This document shows, in pieces, positions 44,351 to 57,779 of a stretch of 64,000 nucleotides of DNA (positions are counted from its first letter, which is position 1; every line of letters starts with the position of its first letter). The DNA comes from the human T2T-CHM13v2.0 reference genome, Homo sapiens. The notes beneath the pieces were generated by a model that saw only the letters and a list, made by a program, of their open reading frames with translations, was not told the DNA's origin and did not search any database. Position numbers and translations under genes: made by a program. The stretch lies in the NCBI RefSeq assembly GCF_009914755.1, contig NC_060932.1; one strand, 5' to 3'.

Positions 44351-44639
44351 TGGGGTTAGTGTTTGTTTTAGTAGAACAAACTGATAATGGCCTAGATCAC
44401 CCTGTAGGGCATTGAAGCTGTTGATAAATTCAGCTTTGCCTCCTTCCACCATTGTTCCCCATCATATATTGCATGTGAATTCATTGGAGACTTGCCTTCA
44501 GCTTCTTTTTTTTTCTTTTTAGAAAGAGTTCAGTTTTCCTCCTCCATCAAATCTGAAGGAGTACATTGGACTAGTTCATCTGTAGGCTCCCTTCCCACTC
44601 TGATATACCATGATGACTTCTAGTGAGAATAGAAACTAA

Positions 44640-44800
44640 CAGCCCCAAAGGCATGTCCCAGCCCTGTCATCAAACAGCTGAAGGACCTTGCACAAGTCAC
44701 TTAGCCTTCTTGAGCTTCGACTTCCTCTTTATAAAATGGAAGGAATATTCTTCTAAATGTTTGTGGGGATTAACTTAAAGTGTGTGAAAGCATCAAATGC
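44640..44800 (+). mobile_element. MIR relic
   Basis: GACCTTGCACAAGTCACTTAGCC..TTCCTCTTTATAAAATGG. Confidence 0.65.
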
Positions 44801-45879
44801 AAGGCAATATTTTCAGGGTGTTATACCCCATATTTCTACACTTTATGCATCTTGAAATAAAGAGGGACAAATATCACATAGCACTCTGGTCATGATATTT
44901 TGGATCAGGAGAGGCCATATCAAGAACTTTGGGTGAAGTTGTGAGGAAATAATGCAGTCTTCAAATAACTCAGAGCATTCAGAACATACTAGAAGACTGT
45001 CTTAGAGAAGTGGTCTAAGAACCTCTCTTCTGAAACCTAGATGAGCTGAAATGGAATCCCCTGGGGTGAAGCTATGAAGACTGGGGCGATGTCCACCTTG
45101 CTGGATCTCTCAGCTCTATCCAGGGTGGTGCCCTGGAATGTTCTGCTGAAGTGTTCCTCTGAGACCACTGACAATCATGGATAAAGATGTCACTGCTGTG
45201 ATTTAGAAATCCAGGAAATCCTTGAAGAATATTTCAAATGCAGAGCCCCAGAAGCTAGCTGGCATCATGACTACAAAAAGTCCTGGTCAGGAGACCACAG
45301 CCAGGGATGGAGGCCATCTGTAGATAGACCAGTTCATTCGATAAGACTTAGTGAGCAACTGGTATGAGTCAGGTCCACTGTCAAGCTCTGGGAAGGCAAA
45401 GATGAATAAGAAATGGTTTGCGGCTATAGTAGAAGTTACAGAAGGGGTTTGGTATCATCAGGGTCTGGAGGAAAGGGTTGTCACAAGGAGATGTGGCCCT
45501 TCCCACAATGACTGACTACCAGAGTGCCTCAGGGACACAGGGACCAAGGGTATGGGAGGAAGCCCAGCCTGGTCCCCACTTGTGCAGCCCCCTCCCAATA
45601 ACTGCATGAGTGACAGGTCCCTGTTCTCCCATCTCTATACCATGGTGGTCAGGGGACCTCCCAAAGGTTCAGATGCAGAACCGCAGGTGTGGTTTGGGTT
45701 GTGAGCAGCCAGGCAGAGCTATCGCTCACACACATGGTTCTATTTGGTAGGCACAAAAAGCCCTCCCACTTAGAAATAACTTCCCCAGAGGCCTGTACTG
45801 CCTGACCTTTCACTAATGCAGATTCATTGTTTCAAACTATCAATGAATGACCATTAAAAATAGGAATAATTCTACAAAT

Positions 45880-46410
45880 ACTAATGATACTTAGTACCTA
45901 CTGATATTTCCTTTATGATAGTCTCTAAGTGCTTTACAGCTATTAAGTCATTTAATTCCCACAACAGCCTGAGGCAGGTATTATCATTATCCCCATTTTA
46001 CACATGAGGAAATGGAAATGCTATGAAGGAACTTTTCCAAAGCAGGTCACACAAGGAAGTAGTAGAGGCGAGATTTGAATCCAGGCAGACTGGCTCCAAA
46101 TTCATGCTATTAAACACTACGCTTTTCTAGAAAGAGCAGCATTGAGACTTATTAGCAATTAGTTCCTTAGTTTAAACTACAGCAGCTAATATTTAATGAG
46201 CATTTATGGTGTGCCTGGCACACAAAGTGGTGTTTATTATTTAATTTATTGTTAATAAAACCTATAGAGTAGGTACTATTATTAGCATTTTACAGATGAG
46301 AAAAATAAAACTTGGGGCAGAAAAAGAATTAACTTGAGGTCATATAAGCGGGAAATAGGGAAACAGGATTTGAAATCAGGCAGTTTAACTCCAAAATCCA
46401 CACATCCAAT
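45880..46410 (-). mobile_element. Two tandem MIR SINEs
   Basis: CCCCATTTTACACATGAGGAAA at about 45991 and CATTTTACAGATGAGAAAA at about 46286, each with a GATTTGAA motif. Confidence 0.82.
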
Positions 46411-47118
46411 GGCTACCTTCGCTTGTGATGTACAATTGGGTGAGACCAGACATTTGTGAGCTGTCATGCCCAGTTTGTCAGTGGGAAAGCAGGCCTTGTG
46501 GGGAAGGTCAGTCCAAGGGCTCTGTGGCACTCCTGGGGAAAACAGGACTTGGGACACATGGAAATAACCCTTTTCACCCCTCAATTCCATCTGGGGCTGA
46601 CTCTGCCCACTGTCCAGCTCAGAATTTGAAGATATAGCTTTATTTACTAAAGCCTTACCCACCAGGTCTAACATTCTATCACTGAACTTTAAAACCAAAA
46701 ACGTTAAGGAGCTTCTATTTCAACATCCCACCCAATGCCACATGTAATCTCCCTGACAGGTACCAGCATTCTCATTTACAAGAACTTGTCTTTCTCAAGG
46801 CAACCATTCCTTTGTTACAGCTCGCTATGGTGGTCAAATTATTGAACTGTAATCTCTCCTCCTGGAACTTCCATTTCTACCCTCCAGAGGCTAAATGAAT
46901 CAGGTCCCTCTCAGGCAATCGAGAAAGCTGTGTTCTCTGATGCCACAAGACCTCTGCTCATGCTATTTCCTCTGCCTGGAAGGCTAGCTCCTCCCTTCCA
47001 ACCCATTTTGTTAATTTTGACTTGGCCTTTCACTTCAACATAGTCATTTCCTCAGAAAGCTTTCCCTGGCCTCCCTGACTTGGTCAAATCTCTTAATTAT
47101 ATACTTTCAGAATATCAT

Positions 47119-47581
47119 TGTCTTAGATCATGTTCTCTAAAAGCAGAACCTGGGGCAGGGGTTGTGTGTTCTCATGATTTATTGAGGGAGTGCTCCCCGC
47201 CAAAAAAACTGAAAGGTAGTAAAGGAACCAAGACAGGGAAGGAGAAAGAGCCACACAAGAATGAGGTTTCAGGTGAGTTTGGTTCAGCCTGATTTGGAAA
47301 GGAGCGCAGGAGGGTAAACTGAATCTGTCCTGCCTTGAGGCAAATGTGGGGGGCTCTTGCATTCCCACCCCAGTCAGTGGTTGGCCGTGCGCTGCCATGG
47401 GTGGGTGAATTTCCAAGCACTTCCTGCAGGAAATGTCATGGGCAATGCTCTGGAAAGGCTGCAGGCATCAGCCATTAGGTAAAGACTGGCAGCAGCTGCA
47501 GCAGCCAGGCATGGGCTTGCTCACTAAACAAGCGAAGGGCATCCCAGAGGTCTGAGTGGGGCACCAGCAGTGTGTGCTATA
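47119..47581 (-). mobile_element. ERVL LTR (LTR16-like)
   Basis: TGTCTTAG..AAGCAGAACCTG..TGATTTATTGAGGGAGTGCTC...GGGGCACCAGCAGTGTGTGCTATA. Confidence 0.65.
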
Positions 47582-48630
47582 ATCACAGCCTCTCCTTCAT
47601 GGAACTTGCCCAAGTAAGATTTTTACATTTATGCGCATGGTTATTTGATTGAAACCTGACCTTTCCATTGGAGCATAATCTCCTTGTGGCCAGAACCTGA
47701 GTCTTGTCGAGTTATTTTCCCACAGTCATTGAGCCAGTCAATGTCTTCGCTTGTACGGTTTCCACAGTGCCAAGCACAGGGCTTGTAGATAGTTGGCGTT
47801 CAGAAAGGACTAGTTGAGTGAATAAATAGATCAACAGATAAATGATTGAAGCCTACTTTCTCTTATAGACGATAACAGTCTCTTTTATGTCCATATCTCC
47901 TTTTCTACTTATCAGCTTTTGGATGTTTTCAATTCTCTTCTGTCTTACAGAATCTTTTCCTTTCTGGCTTCCTTGAATTACATTTTCCATCCTGTCTAGG
48001 AATCCTATATCCTGGTTGTTAACAAGCCAGGGTGTCTAGAGACATTTATCAAATGCTTGTTCTCAAGAATGGGGCTCAGCCTGCCTTTGTAACAACTCAT
48101 AATTCCTAAGGACCTCAAGGAAAAAGAAACAGCATATATCCTTTAGATAAGATTCTTTCATGTTCTTTCAATGTCCCTTTCTGGGTGTCAGGGGAAACAG
48201 TGGTGAATTACAGTCATTTTTCTTCTCCTGGAGATTTTTGTGGCTAACTTTCCATTGACCTTTTGCTGTATCCCACTACCCTGCTTTATACTATTTAGAG
48301 TGCTGAGGATTTTGTATTCATTCTTGCTAATCTATCTATTGGCTCATTAAATCAGCCAAATCCCACCTGTTTTCATACAGATTGTTGAAGGGTCAGGGCC
48401 CAGAAGCAATGAGACGAGAGAAGGCTAAGTGTTGATGGTCGAGAAGCTGTTTGGAACATAAATGCTTTTAGAATGTTTAGGATACTGGGCATTGGGTAGA
48501 GAGAGTGTTCTAATGAGTGATAGAAGGTTCTGGGGCACAAGTAGTCTGGCTTACATTCTAGGAATGACTCTATTGGATTAAGCAGTGGAGTTCCAATTGT
48601 GCTCTGCCTTGACAAAATATGTGCATGTGT

Positions 48631-48969
<339 letters not shown>

Positions 48970-49254
48970 TTTGTGTGTGTTTTAATTAGTCAGTCAAAAA
49001 TATTGTCTGGGGTCTACTATTTGCCAAGCTGTGTTCTAGGCACTGGGAATATAGGAGACAATGAGACGACAAGGTCTCATCCTTCAAGGAGAATTCCAGA
49101 GTGTGTGTGTATGTGTGTGTGCGTGCATGTGTGTATTCATGTACAAATCCAATCCTGAGATTTGCAGCTATCTAAATCTGCTCCTGCAACATGCATACTC
49201 CTCTGGATTTCCATAGCCTCTCCTTCCACACATCAGGGCAGCTTGATACATGAA

Positions 49255-49640
49255 ACAGAGCACTAGGCCAGGAGTAAAAAGGCTCCATTCTTGGCTCTAT
49301 ATTAACCAGCTGGGTCACATTAAAAACTATACCATGCGTCTCTGAGCCCGAGTGTCTTCATTTATAAAACAAAAGTGTTGGAATAAATATTCTCCATTTG
49401 CCGAATTCCAGGAAAACATTTACTGTGGGTCTACTATGTGCTGGGCACCTTTGTGGTATCTCATGAGATTCCATTTTCTCATTGAATTATCAGTGGAGCT
49501 GCTGTCCTCCTTGATTTATAGATGAGGAAACTGACACTAGAGACACTGAGTTACCTTCCCACGGCCACTTAGCAAGTCAGTGTCAGAGTCAGGATTAGAC
49601 CCATTAGACCTGAACTCACGTTTAGTGCTATTTGCTCCAT
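49255..49640. mobile_element. MIR relics in both orientations
   Basis: TCTCTGAGCCC..TTCATTTATAAAA on the plus strand and TATAGATGAGGAAACTGA on the minus strand. Confidence 0.65.
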
Positions 49641-50074
49641 CATCACATCTGCTTCTCACTTCACTCCAGTGCCTGCGACTGACAGGGAGTGCAAGGTGGA
49701 TTTGAGGGGAGTCAGAAAAGAAATGGGGGAATCCCATCTGGATTGGCTATGGCACTCCTACTGCCAACCTGCTTTAAATCCCTGTCTCCACGTGTTCATC
49801 CATGCTGGGGCAGTGAGGCAGTAGCATCGCTGGGAGGGAGAGCCCCAGATAAGGCGCTGGGCAAAAATGCACAGAATTTAGTGTTAGAGGCTAACCAGAT
49901 GCATGTCCAATGATGTGCACAATAGCTATTATATTCTACAGTTTTCAAGAATAAATAGTAGTTTATGTAAGTACGATAAGTATTAGATTTTAAAAGTTAA
50001 GCTGAGTGCTGTTAGTTTTAGAATAAATGTCTTGGCTAAGATAGAAAATTCTTCACATTCAACTTTTCCCTTAA

Positions 50075-50265
50075 ATGATTTGAGTCCCAGCTCTGGCCTT
50101 ACCTGATCGTGTATTCTTGGCAGTGGTTCACTGCGCCCACTGATGTGTAGTTTCATCATCTAGAAAATGGGGACAACAATAGTAACTATTTTGGAGGGCT
50201 TTGGTAAAGACTAGATAATGTCATGAAAACAATTTGTAAAGTGCCAAACAAATGTTCATTTTTAT
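50075..50265 (+). mobile_element. MIR SINE
   Basis: GAGTCCCAGCTCTG..TTTCATCATCTAGAAAATGGGGACAACAATAGT. Confidence 0.7.
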
Positions 50266-50759
50266 TTTGTGCTAGGTCTTGTGCTATCCTAGCTGCTGGG
50301 GATATAAAAATGAAGAGGACACAGCCCTCTTAACAAGCCAGGGTATCTAGAGACATTCCTCAAGTATTTGGCTTTTTGATGACCTTTAAATGCTGTTTTC
50401 TTGAGGCCCTTGTGGGCAGGACTGCCTTTGACTTGTGTGTTCTAGTTGCTGCAGGTCATATAGTTTCCTAGTCCTCTCACTCCTTTGATTTATGTTACCC
50501 ATGGAAAAAACTGAGTTGATTTAAGGGAATATCTCATTTCCTCCCATGCAAACCTCCAATCTTCTACCTTAGATCTTCCTGTCAGATTGCTTTCCTAACA
50601 CCTGCATTCGTTTGTCAGTGACTGATAGCACAGCAAAGAAGCTCCATGCAGACTGGATTGCTGGCATGGGGTAAGGAGGAGAAGCCAGCCAGAGTGACCT
50701 GGCCCAGCGATTGGGAACCAGGGACCTTGACTAACTTTGTCCAGATGTAAAGGGTGAGT

Positions 50760-51215
50760 ATTGCAGAGGCTGCCACTGTCCACTCATAACAACCTCCTTT
50801 CTTCCTTTAGTCAGATATCCCCCAGTTTAAGCTGGGTATGTATGTGACTGCCACGCTCCATGACACCTATGTGTGCTTGGGAGGCTAAGTTCTGTGATGT
50901 GAACATGAGTGATACGTGCAACCCTTGGGCTGTGTCCTCAGGGGAAGGCATTTTTACTCAGTCTTCTTTTCTTTCTGTAGGCTGGAATGTTGGCGTGATG
51001 GTTGAAGCTGTAACAGCCATCTTCGACTACAAAATGGAAGCTGCATGCTACAAATGACAGAAGACAAGATCAAAAGAACCTGTGTTCCCAGCACCACAGA
51101 ACTGTCCCTATGGAAATAGACATGACTGTTACATAAGAAAGAAATATACCCTACTATGTTTAAGCCTCTGTTATTTTAGCATGTGTTGTAGCAGTTGTAT
51201 ACTAAGTAACTAATG
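50760..51215 (+). mobile_element. MLT1J-like MaLR LTR
   Basis: GGCTGGAATGTTGGCGTGATGG..CAGCCATCTT..TGTTTAAGCCTCTGTTATTTT. Confidence 0.65.
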
Positions 51216-51739
51216 AGAAAGAATATTTTGTGCCCTGGTAAAGATGGATACTTCTATATGTTATGAGAACAATTTGATGAGGTAATTGTAATTTAGTAGA
51301 ATAATATCAAATATTAATGTCAAATGACTAGTTTGGCATTGCCACATAGTAATTGTTGGGCAAGTTATTAACCTGTGTCTCAGTTTCCTCACTGGTAGAA
51401 TAACAATAACAGACAATCGTACTAGTGTCTAACGTTTTACTGAACATGTAGCTTGGTTCAGCGCCACACATTATTTGAATTAAGTAGAATAAGAGAGTCC
51501 TGAGTAAATATAACCCAAATGTAAATTATTTTTAAACTTTATTACATATGTGAATATTATTATTTGAGCTTCTCATACTGACTTCTTATTTACTTAACTG
51601 ATTCTAGGCATTGACCACTCCTGAGATTTTGCATCCATACTCCCTAAAAGTTCTGGTCCAAAATTTAGCACACAATAAATATTTAATGAGGGCATAGCTT
51701 ATTTTTAAGTAGGTACCTCTATTCACAGAATGTTTTTCT

Positions 51740-52370
51740 CTTGATTAAAAAAATTAATTGCATTATATACATAACATAAAATTCACTATTTTAACCATTT
51801 TAAGTGTACAATTCAGTGGCATTAAATACATTTACATTGCTCTGAACCATCACCACTATCCATTTCCAGAATTTTTCATCATTCCAAATAGAAACTCCAT
51901 ATTCATTAAATAATAACTCTCCATTCTTCCTTCCCTTGGCCCTTGGTAAACTCTTTTCTACTTTCTTTCTCTATGAATTTGCCTATTCTAGGCACCCCAT
52001 ATAAGTGGATTCATTCACTATTGGCCTTTTTGTGTTTGACTTATTTCACTTGAAATAATGTTTTCAAGGTTCATCATGTTATAGCACAGCACATGTTAGA
52101 ATTTCATTTGTTTTAAAATTTATTTTACTTCATGTTCTGGGATACCTGTGCAGAATGTGCAGGTTTGCTACATAGGTATACATGTGCCATGGTGATTTGC
52201 TGCACCTATCAACCCATCATTAGAATTTCTTTCATTTTTAAAGTTCAATAATATTTTATTATAGGTGTATGCCATATCTTGTTTATCTATTTATCCATCA
52301 ATGGACTCGGATTGTTTCTACCTTTTGGCCATTGAACAACGCAGCTATGAAAAAGGGTGTACATGTTCTT
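51740..52370 (-). mobile_element. L1MB 3' fragment with a nested L1PA 3' tail (about 52110-52220)
   Basis: ACATAAAATTCACTATTTTAACCATTTTAAGTGTACAATTCAGTGGCATT. The nested piece GTGCAGAATGTGCAGGTTTG..ATAGGTATACATGTGCCATGG is flanked by TTAGAATTTC. Confidence 0.85.
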
Positions 52371-52462
52371 GATTTGTTGTTAAAGCAGCAATTTTGACTT
52401 CATATCAGGAGTTGACATTGATGTTTCTCTGGGGTGGTGCAGCACACTGGAACCTGCTTGCT

Positions 52463-52490
52463 CTGTTTCTGTTTCTGTTTCTGTTTCTGT
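52463..52490. repeat. (TGTTTC)n hexamer microsatellite
   Basis: Read directly; about 4.5 units. Confidence 0.9.
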
Positions 52491-52495
52491 TAGCG

Positions 52496-52723
52496 CGAGC
52501 TTGTCCAACCCATGGCCCACGGGCTACATGTGACCCAGGATGGGTTTGAATGTGGCCCAACACAAATTCGCAAACTTTCTTAAACATTGGAGCTTTTTCT
52601 GAGGTTTTTTTTTTTTTTTTTTCTCATCAGTTGTCGTTAGTGTTAGTGTATTTTATGTGTGGCCCAAGACAATTCTTCTTCTTCCGTTATGGCCCAGGGA
52701 CATCAAAAGATCGGGCACCCCTG
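52496..52723 (-). mobile_element. MER30 hAT MITE
   Basis: GCTTGTCCAACCCATGGCCC...GTGTGGCCCAAGACAATTCTTCTTCTTCC..AAAAGATCGGGCACCCCTG. Confidence 0.88.
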
Positions 52724-54464
52724 TGGTTAGCACGATGCTTGGAATATTGAGTATTTCACTGGTGCCTAGACACAAAAGCTATCCCTGGCAGAGCTGTGAG
52801 AATGTTCACAGTGTGAGGCCATCTCACTTTGCACAGAAGGATTCTAAGTCACAAAGAGAACATGGAGAGGGTGACACCAAGGTATACAGGCACAACATGA
52901 ATTGTGCAAATGAATTTCTCTCTGTTCCTGGGTATAATGTGTCACACTGATACTTGCAGACTGGATGCAGGGGTGCTTCAGTTTACTGAACAGAGTCAGA
53001 GTTGGAGATGGGAGCTGGAGGTCCGGCCTTCCATACCCGGTACTGTAAATGCTGTGTATGTGTTTGGCCGATAATCCTTCCATCTCTCAGTGTTGGCTCC
53101 CTGTTGTACAGGCAGAAGCTGATGACTTTGAAGCTGCATTATAGCAGAAGATTGCCTGAAGAATGTGACCATTACTCTAGCTTCTGGAAAATGCAATCAT
53201 GAGGATTCTCACTTAGGTCGTTTAGCTCCAAAGACATGGCTCCCTAGGCCTGCAGTTTTTATACTGGCTGCCAGTCAATTTTAGAATTGGTGTCAACATA
53301 GAAAGCACTGCGTGGCCTTGGAGTCTCTGATGTTGATCCTACAGTCTGACAGATCAGATTCCGGGATGATGGGATTTTGACTGTCTCTAAATTTCAGGCA
53401 AAGTCAGATGAGGACACCACAGGCAGGTGTTCTCATACATCCCTGGTTTTAGCTCTGTCCCTTTGAGTTTCAGTCATTCGGTACAAATTCATATCCTTTT
53501 ATGTATTGTGGTTTAAAATATTTTTGATTGTTTACTGCTTGTTAGGCTATGTAAAAGGCCTAATGAGATATACTAAGAAAAGTAAGGATGTTGGGCTGTG
53601 CTAGAAAAACAAAGGACTTATGTTTCATGTTTTGGTTAACTGCAGAAATAAAAGAGTTTATGGAATGGAGTACCTCCCAATCCACTGGCTGGGGTCTAGT
53701 GCCCTCATTTGTGCTCTGCTCACTAGGTTTCTAAAAAAAAAATTAACTAGTGTTTTTAATTGAAAAAGAGATACATGCCTTAGTCTGGGAAGCCACCTGA
53801 GGAAAAGCTGAAGTGCTACTGCTTACTTGGGAGGTACAATGCCAAGGCAGCGGGAGCAAGGGAAGGGGTGTTGTGGCAGGGAAGGATGGGAAGCAAACAC
53901 CAGGTGGTGTGTTACTGCACATATACATACAAGGTGACTGCTGTTCACAAGTGTGTCAGCCCCTTGGAATGGCTCTGGACAAGATATGCAGAAACACCAT
54001 ATCCTGCAGCGGTCCATGGAGGGATGAATGACAAAGACATTTATTTGTTGGTTCTTTCCCATTTTCTGTCCTTCCATAAGTTAAAGTTCACCGTATGGGG
54101 TGTTATTGGCCCTGTGCCCTCAGGTTGCATCCCCTGACCGCTTGGCAGCTGTTGTAGAAGTCAGACTCCACAGGATGTCACTTCATCTGAAGCAGTGGGA
54201 AGAACCAGAGACTTTGACCATTGATCTCACTGGAGTGGACCAGATGGGTGGGGCAAGTGAAAGAGGTCAAGGAGAGGGCTGAAGCTAGAGAATCTGAGGT
54301 AGCCTATAAGCTGGGTTCCCTACAGACATAGTAAAACTTTCAGCAATACTAAAGAGTATACAATAAATACATTTTCCTTCCAGCTCAGACCACCAAGTCA
54401 CTGTCAGTAGTCTGCCCTAACATCTTGTGTATACCAAATATTCATCTATGTTTATAAGATCATA

Positions 54465-54888
54465 TGTTACAAGATTTTGCTGCTTGTAACAGAAACCCCA
54501 CATACGTGGCTAAAACAAGAGAGAAATTTGTTGTTCTTTGTCATGTAAAAGTCCGAGGAAGGCAGGAAGGCAGACTAATGGCAACTCCCTGGTGATCATT
54601 CTGCTTCATCATGTTTAGCATGTTTCTATCCTCAAAGCTACTTTATCAGAGAAAAAAAAAAGGGCAAAATACTGTGTCTTCTAGCTGTGTTAGTCTCATT
54701 TAAGCAGTTTTCTCAAAGGCCCTACACAACAATTTTCACTTCAATTTCACTGGCCAGCCCTAGCAGCAAGGGAGGCTCGGAGGTGAGAAATAGAACCTTT
54801 TAGACAGGTATTTTGCAGCCAAATAAAATCAGAGTTTATTTAGTAAAAATGAAGGAAAGGATGAATATTGGGTAGACAACTAGCAGGT
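54465..54888 (-). mobile_element. MLT1-type LTR relic
   Basis: GCTTGTAACAGAAACCC..GTGGCTAAAACAAGA..CCCTAGCAGCAAGGGAGGCT..ATTGGGTAGACAACTAGCA. Confidence 0.55.
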
Positions 54889-54889
54889 T

Positions 54890-56660
54890 CATTTTACCCA
54901 AATTCAACACCTTGCTTTTTTATAATGTAATGTACTTGGATATTGTTCAAGAGTAATGCATGTAGATGTACTTCATTTATTTGAATACATTCATTGTATT
55001 CTATTGTGTGAAAATACTAAAATTAACATGTTCTCTATGGGTAGATATTTAAATTATTTCTGATATTTTGGCTATTATAAACAGCACTACAATTAACATT
55101 GTTAGACATATATATTTACTCATTTGAATATGTATTTCTAGGATAAATTTACAGATGAGGAATCACTAGATTGAAGGGGCAACTGCATTTTGAATTTTAC
55201 TATATATTATCAAACAGCCCTCCAAAGTGCTCGCATTAATTTGCATTCTCACCAACAGTATATAAAAGTACCTATTGTCTTCCACTGCAGATAGCAATGT
55301 GAGTTATTGGACGTTACGGCATTTTCCAATATGATAAGCAAAAATTACATCTTATCAATTTGGTTTTCATGAATTGTCTCATTAACCTTCTAAATGATCA
55401 TAGAAGTGGTCAATTCCACCTATTTCCTAGCCCAAACCAGTTTGGATCAATGGGTGTTTATATTACTCCACAATTTTATAGAAAGGGAGATTTAGATTTT
55501 CGATGTGTAATCCGTTCTAGTCATGAAACATTTTTTAAAAAGAACAGCTTTATTGAGGTGTAATTTACATATCATAAAGTGTACAATTTAGTGTACAATT
55601 CAGAGGTTTTTAGTATATTCATAGAGTTGTGCAACCACTGCCATTATATAAATTCAGGACATTTTCATCCTTGTAAAATAAATCCTGTATCCATTAACAG
55701 TCACTCCCATTCTTCTCCCCTCCTTATGTTCCTTGGAAATTACTAATCGACTTCCTCTTTCTATGGATCTGCCTATTCTGAACATTTAAATATAAATGGA
55801 ATTATACAATATGTGACCTTTAGTGTCTAACTTCTTTCACTTAGGATAATGTTTGTCAAGGTTCATCCATGTTGTAGGATGTACTAACACTTCATTCTTT
55901 TATTTTATTTCATTTTTCATTGTGGTAAAATGTATATAAAGTAATATTTATTATCTCAAGCAATAAATATACAGTTTAGTAGCATTAAATACATTGACAG
56001 TGTTGTGTACCTATTACCACCATCCAACTCCAATCTTTTTCATCTTTCCAAACTGAAGCTTTGTACCCATTAAACACTAACTCCCCATTCTCCTCTCTGT
56101 GTGTATGAATTTGACTACTCTCTGTACCTCATATAAATGGAATCATACAATATTTGTCCTTATGTGTCTGGCTTATTTCACTTAACATAATGGCATAATG
56201 TCTTCTAGACCATTCATATTGCAGCACATATCCAAATTTCCTTCCTTTTAGTGGCTCAGTAGTGTATACCACATTTTGTTTATCCATTAATATGTTGATG
56301 GACACTTGGGTTGCTTCTACCTTTTGGCTATTGTGAATAATATTGCTATGAACAGTGGTGTACAGATATCTGTTTGAGTCATTGCTTTCAATTCTTTTTT
56401 ATATAACTTAACGGGCATGAAGTTATATAAAAAAGCTTATATAAGTTTTATATAAGCTTATATAAGCATATATAAGCTTATATATGAAGTTATATAAAAA
56501 ACCACATCTCACTGTGGTTTTGATTTGCATTTCCCTAATGACAAATGATGTTAAGCATCTTTTCATGTAATTATTGACTATTTGCATATTTTTTTCTTCA
56601 GAGAAATGTCTACTCAAGTCCTTTGCCCATTTTTAAAATCGACTTGTTTTTTATTGTTGA
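54890..56660 (-). mobile_element. Stack of L1ME/L1MB 3' fragments
   Basis: L1M 3'UTR starts at about 55540 (CAGCTTTATTGAGGTGTAATTTAC) and about 55915. ORF2 remnant [11 protein letters not shown]. Confidence 0.8.
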
Positions 56661-56759
56661 GTTAAAACAATACTTTAAACAATCTGTATTTCCATATTGT
56701 TCAGTGTCTTCTCCTGACTACTTATTTGTCAGTTTCCTTTTTCTCCTATTATCCTCCTG

Positions 56760-57417
<658 letters not shown>

Positions 57418-57779
57418 CCTTGCTTTGATGCTCTGTGATCATCCACCTCTTAGATATGTCTGCTCTTTATAGAAGATCCCTTGATCAGAGTCATGCATAG
57501 CTCTCCACTGTCTTATTGTTATTCTCCGTATACCCTAATCATTCCAGGTTACTCTTATCATTTAATTTTCAAACTTTTATGACCTCAGGACTTACTTTTT
57601 ATGTAAGGTAATCCCGAATTAATATGTGCCCTGATGTTAAATTTGTAGTCAACTTGATGCATCTAAAATTAATGTATATGATCATTTTTTTCACATTGTC
57701 TTTGTCCTGTTCCCTCTTAACCAGTTGTGTGCTGGTTAAAGGGGCATAAAACCCAAATGAATGGCCACTGGAACACTGA

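Noticed and set aside
49840-49862. CTCF site (CCCCAGATAAGGCGCTG); similar words near 25486 and 63930
   Set aside because: Spacing or core mismatches to the CCASYAGRKGGCRS consensus make it unsupportable without ChIP data.
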